Source of the DNA: Raillietiella orientalis | Taxonomy: Eukaryota | Assembly (NCBI GenBank): GCA_036172245.1 | Contig: JAYWIR010000008.1 | Location: 3,038,001-3,102,000 of the forward strand | Reading direction: 5' to 3' | Length of the DNA: 64,000 bases | Shown here: in pieces, positions 1 to 13,000 of the stretch | How positions within the stretch are numbered: the first letter of the stretch is position 1 | Layout: each line of letters starts with the position of its first letter | Notes under the pieces: model-generated | The model's database searches: none | Seen by the model: the letters and a program-made list of their open reading frames with translations, nothing else | Told to the model about the DNA's origin: nothing | Program-made: the position numbers and the translations under genes

Positions 1-544
1 AACGAGGAAACGGGGATTCCATTTTTAGATCCACATCAACTCCTTGCACAGCCGATAAGAGATCTAAGAGTTGAGGAGGACGCGCGCGCACACATGGGGG
101 GGGGGGGGGGAGTATCTGGATTTTCCTCTTCAGTCTTTTCTTCCTCCCCATCCGGGAGTGCGAGCTTCGCTGGCGCTCCCGAGCGAAAACAGCTCTCCAT
201 CCTGTTCCTGGTTCGCGCCAGAAGCGCCCGACGGTGCCAGCGGGCGGGGAGGGACGCGGACGAATTTTCAGCGAGTTTGTCCCTGTTGCCGCCGCCACCA
301 CCGCTGGAGGAAAAGGTCCAGGAAGGTGAACTCGTGTATCTGGATTCCGTATCGCGCGGGAACGGTGGCGGAGCAGCGAGCGTGCGAACTTCTCCATCCT
401 CTCTGGAGACCTGGGAAAAAAAAAAAAAAAAAAAAAACCTCCCGGTGCGTTCGTTCCTCTCGAAAAACTCCCGACACTTGTTAGGCGCGGAGCAGTAGCA
501 GCCTCAGCATCCTGTGGGCGCCGCCGAGAAGGGATTCGAGCACG

Positions 545-1700
545 GGGGAGATTGGGTTCAGAGGAAACGTGTTGCAGCAGCGAGGATGAAAAGCGAACAG
601 ATGGTGCGGTCTTGTTCAAGGGTTGATGAATCGGAAAGAATGCTTGATAAGTGGAAGATTGATCAGCGGAAGATCCGAAACTGCGATGCTTTGGGAAGCT
701 GTCCCGAAAGATAAGGAAGTGAAAAGAACAGGATTTAAAGCGATGAGGAGCAGCAACCCTAAACAGGGATCACGAAGAGCAGAGCACGAATTCTACGCCC
801 GTCGATCGAAGCCGTCGCTTCCTCATCTTGATGGCCACGGATGGGTCTTGGATTGGAGATGGTTGCGGAGCAGCTCACTGAACTCAGAGATCAGGCCGAG
901 TTCTGGATGCTCCGAATCAGGTGCAGGTCGCACCAAGGAGATGAATAGCCACGCAGAGTTCCCACGACGATGGCATCGTCGTCAGCTCATCGGGAAATCC
1001 GGGATTTCAGCTCTCTAGGAACGCGTCGTCCCGAGAGAGCTGGAAATCTCAAGAACATGACGCGGAGCAGCTCTTTGGTTGACCGAACTGATCCGTGATG
1101 CAGCATGGATTTGAGCCGCAGCCCGGTCAACCACAGTGGCTCTCGTCCATGACTGGAATTGACCAAACAGTCGCTCCATTAACTAAGAATGGTTATGCAC
1201 CATAACCACCGTCCACCGAACCGAGAAAGAGCTACCAGCCTGTCGACCCTCCCAGTGTACGAGCCTAATGAGACTCCCAGTGCTGAGTCTGAAGAATCTG
1301 CATCCAAAAAAAGAAAACCACAACTCCCATCTGCATCAGTAGATATTCTGTCCATTCGTTCATCGGAGGGATGCCTCCCATCTATGGGTCCAATGTTCGC
1401 GATGTCAGAGACAACCGTAAAGCTCTTTGTCTTGTGGAGGTACAGCCACGCGATCGCCAGCTCCCCCATCATCACTTCGTTTGGAAGATCCCAACTGTAA
1501 GAGCTGAAAATCCCAAGGACGTACGCCAAGCAGCCCGGCAGGCTGATGGCGCCGGCCAACATCAGCTGCACGCACATCCGAGCACATCCGCACCGGATGC
1601 ACGGACCGGAACACCTTCCGAACGACAGACATGGTCGGATCTCCAGGAGAAGACCTCTGGACCGGTGCGGTTCCAAAAACTCGATCTAGCGGATCTCGGG
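545..1700 (+). mobile_element. Heavily decayed hAT-superfamily (ZBED1/ZBED4-like) transposase relic
   Basis: Frameshifted peptides occur in the order expected for this transposase family: DWVQRKRV (550), MLDKWKIDQRKI (640), KAMR...H (737), R-W-N-S-like AGA TG- AAT AGC (939), QW...IDQTVAPL (1134), and a dimerisation-domain-like HFVWK...P..RQAARQ...TPSERQTWS (to ~1640). Recognised by eye only; no TIRs found. Confidence 0.4.
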
Positions 1701-4469
1701 CCAGCTGTAAAAAGCTTCCCGGTTTTCTAGCGCGAGTCCTTGGTCCCACCTCTCTGCCCAAAGGGATGGAGTTGGACAGGCAGAAGGAAAGGTGGAAGCA
1801 GTAGATGACCTCTCCCTCGCCTTTCTTCTCCACCCGATGGAGCCCGTATTTTGCAAACGTATCCATGGTGATTCTCGAAAGCGTTGCCGATTTTTTGAAG
1901 AACGAAGCAGGGCTGCTGCACCCTCCAGCATATCTGCTTCGGAAGTTCTCCCGGTCTCATTCTGAACTCACCGGATGTCAGCTCCGTATCTTTCAGCATG
2001 CTCTTCGCGTAGAGCCATGGTATGGGTGAAAGAAAGAAGGCGAAAATTCTGTCCCTCCTCGTTTCATTATCGCAGGCCCTGCCCCTCTCTACGAGAAACC
2101 TCCGTCCCCTTTTCGGTCCCTTCAAGTCTCCGCTACCATTGGTCCATGATCACTTCCGGCACCGATGCTCAACCGCCTCCGCGATCCGATCGCATGCTCT
2201 TCCGTCCTGCCAGAGGCGTGAACCCCACCAATTAGGTTGCGGAGCGGTCGTGGTCCGTGGTGCCCCGCGTGGGTCCGTCCCCGAGAGGCGCTGGACGCTT
2301 TCGGCCAACATGCACGTTCAACCCCAATCCACCAAACACCCGCGAGCGCATCACCCGCCGCCGGCGGGGGTGTCCGACAAACCGCCCGTCGAATCCGAGC
2401 GAGACTTGCGCCGCTTCTGCACCGTAAGAATTCCGGAACCCCGTCCCGAAAACAAGGCCGGTGCTCCAAGTCCCCCCGTGGGGCTCTCCATCGGCGTGTT
2501 CCGCCAAGAGGGTGCGCGAGCGACGCCTTCTCGAACCGCCCAAAGCCGAAAGGGGAAGACTCGGTGGGTACCGGAGTAATGGAAGGGGTGAGCTCATTTC
2601 TGGCGCTTCTGAGAGAGAGGGAGGGGTGAAGCGAAGTTGGGATAGAAGTTGCCTGCTCTGGAGCTTCCGTCGATTTCCGAGGAATCCAGGTGGGATGCCA
2701 CGGAGCATCCCTCTCGATCCGCTCTCTGGAACGAGGAAAAGACCCAGAGGTTTTTTCTTCTTCTTCTTTTTTCTTTTTTTTCTTTTTCTTTTCTTTTCTC
2801 CTCCTCCACCCCCCCCCCCCCGGATTAGAAAGGGGGTGGCCGGCTCGCGCACGGAAAGCCCTCTGGAAATTCCTCCTCGGGAACGCTCGCGATAATTCAT
2901 CTGCAGGCTTTCTCCACGACCTTCGTTTGATCCCATTTGTCCGCTCGAATGTGCATCATCAATTCATCGGCCACAGGGGCTATCGAAGACCCTCCATAAA
3001 CGTTTTGTAGCGGCGTATCTCGGAACAAAGCTTTCCAGCACGGGGGACGCCGTTTCCCGCTCGGGTTCATGGTCTGCGGAAGATTCACTGCAGAGTCGCG
3101 GCGGCGGCTTTCGCCTCGGACGGGCTGCCTGCTTGTATCTCCGAGGGACCGTCAGGGGCAGCACCGTGCGAGACGAAAATCGAGCGGCGCGCGGAGCAGG
3201 CAAAGGGAAGGAGCGGAGCGAGAAGAACGGCCGTCCCCCCTGCCTTCCTCGTTCCACCCGCTCGCGTCCGTGGTGCCTGCTTCCAGAGAGCCTGCCGTCC
3301 GCGGTCCGCCCCTCCCCTTCCGAGTGCGTTCTCCCGCGATGTGCCCGTCCGTCGCCCGCGTCCTCGCTGCGACCGGGCGCTGCCCGGATTCGCCGTCCTT
3401 CCCGTGCGAATTTTCCGTGGTCGGCTCGGGAAGAAGCCTGGGCCGCCGCGTCGTCCCTCGCGCGCGAAGTCTCCCACTGGAGGGACGGCCGCCTTCCTCA
3501 TTAGGAGCTGGGTGTGACTTGGTCATCCCTTCCTCCCCTACTGTTTTGATTAATAATTAATTGTTTGATCTGATGCTCATCCAGTAAAAATGCATGAGAC
3601 GTTCCTCCGGAGACGCAACCTCTAATTATAGTTTCTTGGTTTCCCGTTGCCAACGTGCGCGGTGTGGGTGGGTTCGGGTGTGGGTGGCGGACGGGTGGGG
3701 GCGTGTTCGAACGCTTAATCCCTCGGGCTTATCCATGTTCCCGTGTTCGGGAGCATGGAGTTCGGGCCGCAGACAATGCTGCTCGCGGAGAATGAGCTAT
3801 TTTCGAGGAGTCCTGCAAGCCCCTTCTTTCAGGCCGGGCCCCAGATGAGTCCCCTGTGCCCACTCGGGCTTGATCAGCAGGTAGAGCTCTCTCGGCTATG
3901 TTTCCCTCGTCGAGCCTTTTTCAGCCGTCAAAACGAAGGGGAGTTCAAAAGAGGGGAGCTCTGACATCTCCGCACGCGAAGGAAAGCGGAGGCGGGACAG
4001 CCTCGATCTTGGATCAGCTGTCGCCCTGCCTCCTGATTAGGTCATCCTCGACGTGCCCTCCGGTCGATCCCCGTGAATTCCGGATCGGCGGCGACGCCGG
4101 CTGAGGAAGCGGTGACAAGGAAGAAGATTCCGCTCCCGGGATCCTCGTCTCCCTCCTGCGTCCCGAGAGCGTTCCTCGTCCTCAGGAGGCAGAAGGAGGA
4201 GGCAGAGGAAACGAAGGAGCGTCCGGGATGCTCTCAAGGCGAAGAAATCCGTGAGGCCGGGTGGGTCGCTGGAGCTCCCGCCCAGCGGTGCGTTGGAACC
4301 CTCTACTCCACCGGCTTCTATGGAGCCCTGCGTCCAGTCGGACGTCCTCGTTCCGACTCCTAGGATTTGGTCGTGAGATCCTCGTCCTCGCAACCGCGTG
4401 GCCGGGATGCCAGGGAGCTCGTGGCAAGAGGAGGAAAGAGCACAGAAAATGCGAGCCAGAATCCTTCCT

Positions 4470-4900
4470 CTTCGAGTTCCAGGTGTCGCCCTGGTGTGAC
4501 CACGCAGGGCATTGAAGAAGAAGAAGAAAACATCAAGGGGGAAGCAGCCGACTCATCAAGAAACCTCCTTAGGCGCGTAGTCGCCAAGCAGACGAAGAGC
4601 ATCTCCTCCTGCAAAGAAAAGTGGCCTGCGTCGCAGCTTCTCCCTGGCGCCAGAAGATTTCCGTTGATACCGTTTCCCACAGCCACTGGATCATAGGTCA
4701 TCCGTGCAACCCGACTTCCACAAACTGCAGATCCCTTCTCTCGGCAGCCTTCCCGGACAAGCAACCAAGCAGCGGCGCATCCTGGGAACGAATGGTTGCA
4801 GGAAGCTGAAATAGGTCAGCGCACTGGAGCAGGCCTTGGAGACGTTTGGGAGGGCAGATCGTAGGTCCATCCCCCTCGTTGCCTGATCTCGCCGAAGGGA
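4470..4900 (+). mobile_element. Possible decayed non-LTR (LINE) reverse transcriptase fragment
   Basis: Ordered, frameshifted resemblances to LINE RT motifs: RCRPGVTTQGI (GFRpgRST-like), KISVDTVSHSH (KAFDTVsH-like) and GGQIVGPSPSL (QGSiLGPlLF-like). Weak. Confidence 0.25.
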
Positions 4901-7900
4901 AGGACAAAAGTCCTCAAGAATCCAAGCAGATTGGTTTCCCGAGGAGCGGCAGCAGAGTCCTAACCCCCCGGAAACGAAGGACTTCTCAACCCCCCCCCCT
5001 TTTCCCAGCTCTGCCGATCCAGCGGAGAATTCACATGAGCGAGTGACCCCGCGGTGGTTGCTACGGAGATGTCCTTCGAGAGGAGTCCGCGAACGCCGGT
5101 GCCTGCAGTAGGCAACTTGACCTCTTCGCGCGCGCCATTCGTTCCGTGTGGTTCGGACTCATCATTTCATCCACAAGATCGGGTTTCGGAGCTTCCTGTC
5201 GGGAGGCAGGTGGAGCGAGAGAGCTCGGTAGGGTGCGGAGGGGGGGACGCTCCGGGAAGCCTGGAGGCTGAAGAAATCCTCGCGATGAGTAGGAGCGGAA
5301 GGATGGTTTCCTGGCAGGAGGAAGGACGGGGGGGGAGGGAGCGGAAGAATTCTCGAAATTATGGAAACTGCTCCCCCCTCCTCCTGGGGAAGGTGCATCG
5401 AGTGAGCAGGACGTGCGAGATGAACACACAGCATTTCCTTTCCGGTCGATGGCGCGAGGATGGCCGAGAACCTCCTGGAAGATGGGAAAAGTGGAGATGG
5501 TATCTCGATCCGACGCTGAGGAGCCACCTCCTCCTCGGAACATTCTGGAGACCCCGAGGCAAACAGGCATTCGGTCCTGTACCTGAGGGCGGTGGAGTGA
5601 CCGACCTCCGACGGAGCGCCAAAAGAGACTTTCGGTTCTCGGAAGACTGCTGCTGCCTGGAGGCGTTTTCCGCCGAAGACGTGACCTGGAACGGACCTGC
5701 AAGCAGTGGTGAGCGGAATCGGATCCCATGGGAGCGCCGCTGCAGGGGAGCACGCGAGGATGGAGCAGGAAACCTGGTCTTCGGGCAGTGGACCTCGGGA
5801 TGTGCGCAGAGCGGCGGCACGGGCCGAAAAGGGCGCGAAATTCGCCGTTCTTCCAGCCGCGCGAACCATCCCTCGCGTTGGGACGGGGAAGCCGGTGAGC
5901 GAGCGGCATAGGGAACTACCAACCGGCCCCCCCCCAATTTCCTTCCGCAGCTGGGCACCTCTGCTCCGCCCATCGCGCTCTTCCCGTTTTCTCTTCCGCT
6001 GCTTTCGCCTGTCTCCGAGCAGGCCCACCGAGACGCGCGTGCGCCTCCCGAGAGCCCGCCGAGATGACCTCTTTTGTTCGCGCGGGGGCGCGCTCTCCAC
6101 TCGCCAAAGGCGGAACGGACGTCGAGCAGGGAGGGAAGCCAGAACGCGCCACCTCCCTGCTGCCGTCGCCGGGAGGGAACGAGCCGCCTTTGCTCCGCAG
6201 AGCTGCACCGCTCCTTCCCCGTCGGGTGCCGTCGCCCGTCCTAGCCCAACACGGTGCCTGAGCCCGGGTGAGTCGGGGAAGAGGGTCCTTCCGCGAACGC
6301 CGGGCGGTCGAGTCCCTCCCGCGCCACGAGCGCACGCGCGCTTTCCCTCGGCGCCCGCCGCCTTTGTTTTGCTCCGTTTGGTACGAAAGCAGTGCCGTGG
6401 ACGGTTTTCCAGGATTCCGTGTTTTCACAGGAACCCCCTGAAGGCAAAAGAACAACAGGCTCTTGACGTCTATCGGGTTGCTGCTGTCTCCGCCGTCACG
6501 CGCTCGGCTACAGCCTGCATGCTCATTGTTCCTATTCATCTCGTGTGGCTCTCCCTCTTTCTTTCATTCTTTTTTTTTTTTTTTTCTTTCTTTCTTTCTT
6601 TTCTTTTTTTCTTTTTTTATTCTCTCCCCCCGTAGCTGGCGAAACGCGCGGCTTTGAGGGATCGCGCCGGACGAACAAGCAGCCGAGGGGGTTCTGGTCT
6701 GCGCCGCGGCCCCTCATTGGTCCGACCCAATCGATTCGAGTTCATTACGCAGTCCGAGAAAGTGGGGGCGCTTCTCAGGAAGAGCTCGTTTTCTCCTGAG
6801 TGCCCCAGTTGCAGGGGACCGTTTGTTTACGAGCGTCTCCGCCGCCGCCGCTGTTGCCGCCGGGAGGAGGCGCAGCGCGCGGCCCGGACAGGACCGCTCC
6901 TCTCTGGGCCGTTCCCTTCTCTGCGGCCCTGCTTTCGGCGCGCTTCGCGTGCCTGGTCGGCCCCCATGCGCACGGCTTCCCCGAAGTCGTCCTTAATTTT
7001 TCCTTCCTCTGCTCCCGCAGCTCCGACGGGAGGGGAGAGGAGGGAAGGGCAGAGAAAATTTGGCGAAGGAGGCGGTCGACTTTGCCACCATCTTGCAGGC
7101 GGAGCGAAAAATGGACGACGACGCGATTGCAGCCTCCCGTTCTGCTCCTTGGCCGCGTAACCCGTGCGATCTCCCGGCTCTTTCGCTCCTCCTTCTCCCC
7201 CCCCCTTCAGGTCCGCACAGATGCTCGCTCCTCTCCTCCCCTCTCCCGAGATCTCCGGGGACTCCTCGAAACGGCAGCGAATTGGTAGCCGCCGCTGCGA
7301 CGGCCGCCGCCGCGCAGATGGCTGAGCAAGCGTCTGCATCCCGGGACATCACGTCTGACCTTCCGATCCACGTGGCACCAAACCTTCCCTCCTCCTTCTG
7401 CTGTCGACTCAGGACACGACCCCTTCTTCCTGGAACGCAGGAAGCTGCAGAGGGGCGAATCGGGCCGCTTACCACCCTACGCCTCCTCCTTTGTCCGCTG
7501 TGCTCTCGGCAAGCACGGAAGGGCCGGAGCACCTCCTTCTCCCCGGGGGGAGCACGGAGGGTGGGCCCCGTGGGTTCAGATCACGACTGCTGGCTCCTCT
7601 CTGCGTTACAGGAAGTGGTTACAAGAAGTGGCCCGGTACCTCTGGGTCAGATGACCCGAAGAGTTCTTCGGACGCCTCCTCCCCTTCCCGCTATCTCCCC
7701 CCCCCCCCGCCCAAGGCAACCCGAGTGCGGAAAATCAGGATGCTCGCCGCGTCAGTCCCGCGCGGGGCACGAGGGCGAGTGCAGGTATGAAGAGGGAGAC
7801 GAGAGTGGGGGGCGGGCAGAACAGCTCCCTTCCTTCCCGCGCCAGCCCCGGAGCGGCAGAACTCCCGGACGTGCGCGCGCGCGCGAAGAGGAGGCGCGCG

Positions 7901-9769
7901 GTAGCCAGGAAAAAAAAAAAAAAAAAGTGGGCGAAAGTCCGGGCTCTCCTCCTCCGCGACGGGAGGGCGGGTGCGCGCAGGGAAACTGCATCCGCGCTGC
8001 TGCTGCCGCAGGACCGAGGAGAGAGAGAGAGAAGGGGAGGGGAGGGGGGGGGGGTTAGGAGGCCCGATGAAATCGGAAGCCGGCGCGAACGGCACAGCGG
8101 CGGGAGAGGCTCGCGTGTCGACGTTTACCGTTGTGGAGATTAATCGCGGAAGAGAACGATTTTTCCAGAAATCCGAGAAGATCGATGCGACACCTGGAAA
8201 GGGGGAAAGCAAAAAAGCAGAAAAAAAAAAAAAAAAAAGGAAAGAAAGAAAGAAAAGAAAAGCTGCCCCTGCCGCACGTCTGGCGTCCACCGTTCATCAT
8301 CCCCACTTCCTTCCCGACGCGTCCTTTCGATAAATCGATGCCTTCCCCCGGGTTCGGCGGGTACTTTTTTTTGGCGCGCACGCGCGCGTTCGCGAAACGT
8401 CGTCGGATGGAGCAGCATCCCGTTCTCCTCGGCCAGCCACGAGAGGGGGAGGGGGAAGAGGAGCCTCTGCAAATTCCCCACCTCCCTCTCCCCCTTTTTC
8501 CCTTGTCGCCTCCTACTCTCCTTTCGTCGCGGGGAAACGGGGCGCACCTCGGGGCCGCGCCGTGACGAACGTTTCGAACGCCTTCCGTCAGGCGGCGGCC
8601 ACGGCGGGCCGCCCGCGATGCACCGCGCCACCCGGGCCGCTGCCGCGACCACGGAAGCCTTCCATCTTGGTCCTGCGTGCTTGCCAATCGCCCCTCCACT
8701 TGGGATAAGGGGGAAGACTGCGGGGAAAGCGGGGAACGCCTTCCCTGCTCACGGGTTTGGAAGGCCGAAGTCCAGCGAAAGGGAGGAGCAGAAACGCCCC
8801 GGCCAGAACCACGGATGCGGACGGCTCCGTGCTCAGAACCGCATCTCGACATCTCCCCATCCTCCAACGCTTCCCTTGGCCAAGATCGTCGCCACGTGGA
8901 GGCAAGTCTTCGCGTTCAGGAAACTGGGACGATAGAGTGACAGTGGAAAGTACTGAAAAGTGGCGACGGACGTCCGCGAGGGTGGCGCGGGAACGCCACC
9001 CTCGCGGACAGGGCGCAGAGGAGCGGAAAGAGCATGGCGGAGGGAAGGGAAGGCGTAGAACTGCGGCTGTGACGGCCGTGCGGCCGACCACCGTCGGATG
9101 CCGCTGCCGTCGGCGAACGTTTCCGCCCTCCCCGGAGGGCCGCCGCTGGCTCGCCACAGTGGCCGCGCGCGGGCTCCGCGGGCCTTCTCTGCCCTGGCCA
9201 GCTCCGGCCGCTAGCTGCCGGAACGGCCGCCACGCGGGCCGGCGCGAATTTCGCTTACGCGCGCGTGCGTGCAAATCCGCCAGACGTGCGCGCTCCCTCC
9301 TGCCTTCTTCTGGCAAAGGTCTCGCTGCGAGAAAGCCTGCAGACCAAGTGGTGGCAGTGTCCGTCTTCGGAACGAGCGTCCCGCCGCCGCAGCATCGAAT
9401 TTCGACTTCGTCCCACACGCCACCACTGCGCGCGCACGCGCGTGCTGCTGCGCCGTCAATGTCCAGGAGGAAAGGTGCTCTCGGGTTACTCGGTGCAGCG
9501 ACACGTGCGACGACGACGACGACGACGGCGGCGGCGGAGGAGGATTCGGCCTGCAGGCACGCGGGCCCCCCGGGAATTCTAGGTCCCGGAAAGAGGAGGA
9601 CACAGAACACGGCGCAGGCCGCAGCCTTTTTGTTTGGTTTGTCGTTCTTTCAGTCCCCGCATCTACGAACGCGTCTTTCTATTCTTTTCCTCCCTTCTCC
9701 TCTGGTTCCAAAAGAACCAGCGGTATCCGACGACTTCCTTCCCTGCCTGTTCCCTCCTGCTATTTTTCC

Positions 9770-10070
9770 CCACCACCACCATCATTCATTCTTCCTCGTC
9801 ATCTTCCCTCCCTACTCCATTCTTCTTCCTCCGTCCCACCCTCACCCCCCTTGCAATTCTTCTCCGTACTCCCATTCCTCCTCCATACCATCTTCATCCC
9901 TTCCTCATTCCTCTTCCCACTGCTCATGCCTCCTCCATCCCTTCTTCGTCTCTTCTTCACTCCTCTTCCATTCCTCCCTCGTCTTCCCATTCTTCCTCCA
10001 CCCCTCCTTCATTTCTCTTCCATCCCTTCTTCGAGCATCCATTTTTCCTCCATCTCCATCCTTTCTCTGA
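9770..10070. repeat. Pyrimidine-rich (TCC/CTT/CAT) low-complexity tract
   Basis: About 300 bp that is almost free of G on the + strand. Similar CT- or GA-rich tracts lie at ~10740-10870, 13530-13790, 17345-17490 and 18730-18845. Confidence 0.8.
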
Positions 10071-13000
10071 TCGGTCTCCGCCCCTTCCCGAAGACTCCGC
10101 TCCAGACAGCGGGGGATGGCAAGAAAAGGGCAGGGAATTTCTATCCCGTTCCCCTCTTCCTCCGTCTTTCACTTCTGCTCGACGCGCACGCGCTCGCTCG
10201 CTCCGCGCCTCTTGGCCACGGAGCGCGCCACCCGCCTCTCTCCTCTTCACCCCGTGTGTCATCTGTTTGATCCGGGGATCACTCCATTCATCCAATTTGG
10301 ATTATCACTCGGAGAGATCGCTTTGAGTGGCGCTGTCTTTCGAGGGGAAATTCCCGGCTCCAGGACACATGGCATTCTTATCCCCCTCTGGACGTTCCGC
10401 TTCGCTCGCTCGCGAGCTTCCACTCGTGAAAGCGCTCTTGAAGAAGGTGGAGGAGGCGGCGGAAGACGACGACAGGAAGGCGCGCTCTCAGGGAAGAGGC
10501 GCCGCACCGCGGAAGCAGCCAAAGCACTCACCTTCACAAGATGAGGAGAGGAACCCCCTCTGTCCCCCTTGGGTCGCCTGGATTCTCTGCCCCCACCGCT
10601 CGTCCGTTAGGGATGCATCGCGTCGCCTCCATCCGCCTCCACGTTCGGCGAGTGGGCTGCTGGCGCGCATCCTTGCTGGAAGGACGCGGAACAACTCTGC
10701 TGTTTCTCGGGGAGGGAGCAGGGGGATGCGGAGATGAATGAAAAGGCAATAAAGGCGAGAGGGAAGAGGAGGAGCAAGAGGAAGGGAGAAAGACGAGGGG
10801 GTGGAGCAGTAGGAGGAAAACCAAGGAAGGGAGACGAGGAAGAGGAATGAAGGAGCAAACGGAGGACACGTTCATTGGGAAATAGGGACTCGCGTCTGCT
10901 GTTTTTCCCTGTTGCCGCGGTACAGCTCCCAGAAGCGTTGGGGAGGGAGGTACCCGATCTGCGCCCACGGGAAGAGCAGTACGACGGGAGGAGGGAGCAA
11001 CGATGCTTGGAGAAGAAAGGCCGCAGGAATTTCGAACCGTCGGCGGGGGACGCGCGCCGAATATGAGGGGAGGGGAAAGAAGCAGCAGCTTCCAGACCAA
11101 TGCGATCCTCCTCCTCCTCCTCCAATGATCTGGATTCTTCGAGAAGAGCTTTTTTTGCTCCCTTCGCGCGTTCGCTTCAAGGAGGGAGGCGTGGCAGGGA
11201 AGACGTGAGCTTTCCTTCCCTATCCTGGGAGAGATAGAGAGAGGAGGCATCCTGGCAACCGCACACTTTCGCCACGGGGAGCGAGGCGGGGCTTCAGGGA
11301 GCGCTCCGGTGCGACACGAGCCGCATCCAGCGGCGGTGGAGCATTTCCCGTTTCGGTCGCGTTTCCTTCGGATGCTCTCGCGCGCGCGTTCCCGGAACGC
11401 GTTGAATGGGCGGGGGGAAGGGGAGGTAGGGGAGGGAGTCGACTCTCGAGTTCACTGCTGCTCCCATGACTCCCACGAGGGATCGCAGCCGTCCCGTCGG
11501 ATCAACCCGTTCACCTCCTTTAGAACGAGAAAGCGGAAAGAGGGTGCGCCCCTCGAGGGCCACCCCAAGACGACTCCGGAACGCCCTTCCTCCTCGTCCT
11601 CCTTTACCAATTTCTTCCCCTTTAACCCTTGTGAGGCCGGCGCTACGTCTCCCTCTACTGGGAGCCGCAGTGCCCTTCGGGAAATCCCCGAAAGCAGCTC
11701 CCAGAAGCCGAGAGGACCGTCCTTGTTTCCTCGATTTCGGTGCCATGTTCCACAGGAAGAGGGAGAGCTGAGATTCGGCTCTTCCTTTTCCGGGCTCTCC
11801 TCCTCCCTTCCTCCTTCATCTCCTTTCCGTTCATCTCCGCACCTCCCTGCTCCCTCCCCTGGGGACAGCAGAGCCGCTTCTCATCCTGCTTCCCCATCCG
11901 TGGCGAGGGTGACCGGACCGAAGGCGGAGCTCCAGAAGGATTCGTGACGAGGAAGAGGAAAGGAAGAGCTGTCGCGCTCCCTCTCCACCCTTCGCTTCCG
12001 TGCTTTCGACTGCGACTGTCCCCCACCCTATTTTGCTTCTCCGCCCACGAGAAGGCGCTTGGGAGGCGGGAGAGAAGAGGTCCGGATGCAGCGAGCCTGA
12101 CATCCTCGATTTAGCGGCGTTCGCCCCTCCGGGCACACCAGGCGCACCCGAAAAGCTTGCGACCTTCCCAGGGAGTCCCTCGCTTTAAGATTCCCCCGCC
12201 TCCAGCGACATTTGAATCCCCCAACCTGGAGCTCTCCTACTCGTCTGGCGCCGGAGCAGTCGCATCCGGGAACGGTAGGACCATCTTCTCTACTCTTCCT
12301 CTTCGTCTTCTCCTCTCTGTCCCTCTCCCTCAACTCCTTTTCCTTCCAGCCCATCTTCCTCCCTCCCTCTTCCGCCAACCGGCAGCGCATTTCGACAGGA
12401 CCAGCGTTGGCGCGCAGTCGCTCCTCCTCCCCTTAGCTTTGGCCCCCCACCCCACCCCCCGGGTACCGAGCGTCGCGGAGGAGGAGTAAGGCGACGGGAA
12501 ACAAGGAAAAAGGATAAATTCCTCCTTCGCTCCCCCCCCCCCCCGCCATCCCACACATTTGTTGGCGCAAAACAAAAAAAGTACAAAAATAGGAGCTGGC
12601 GAATCCCGGTTTCCCGCCGGCTCCAGGGATTCCTCTTCCTTTCTTTCCCTCCCCACGCCCGAGCTCCCGACGGCGGTGACGACTTTTCCCCTCTTCGCCC
12701 GACTTTCCCCCTCCCCTCTCCCCCTCCTCTCTCCTCCCTCGCCGCAGCCGAAATTGCGCCCGCGCTCGCCTCAAATTCCGCGCGGCGGTTTGGCCCGCGC
12801 TCCGTGATTGTCAGCATAATTGTTGCCATGAGAGAAACAGCTCCTCAAAATCCTGTTAGGATGCGCCAGGGCGCAGAGGGGGATAGGGGACGGAGGGGAC
12901 GGAAGCGCGCTGGGGGGGGGGGAGGAGGAGGGAGGGAGGGAGGGGCTCGGCAGATACGCGCAGGGGGAGGGTGGAAAGGGGAAGAGAGGGAGAGGTGAAC

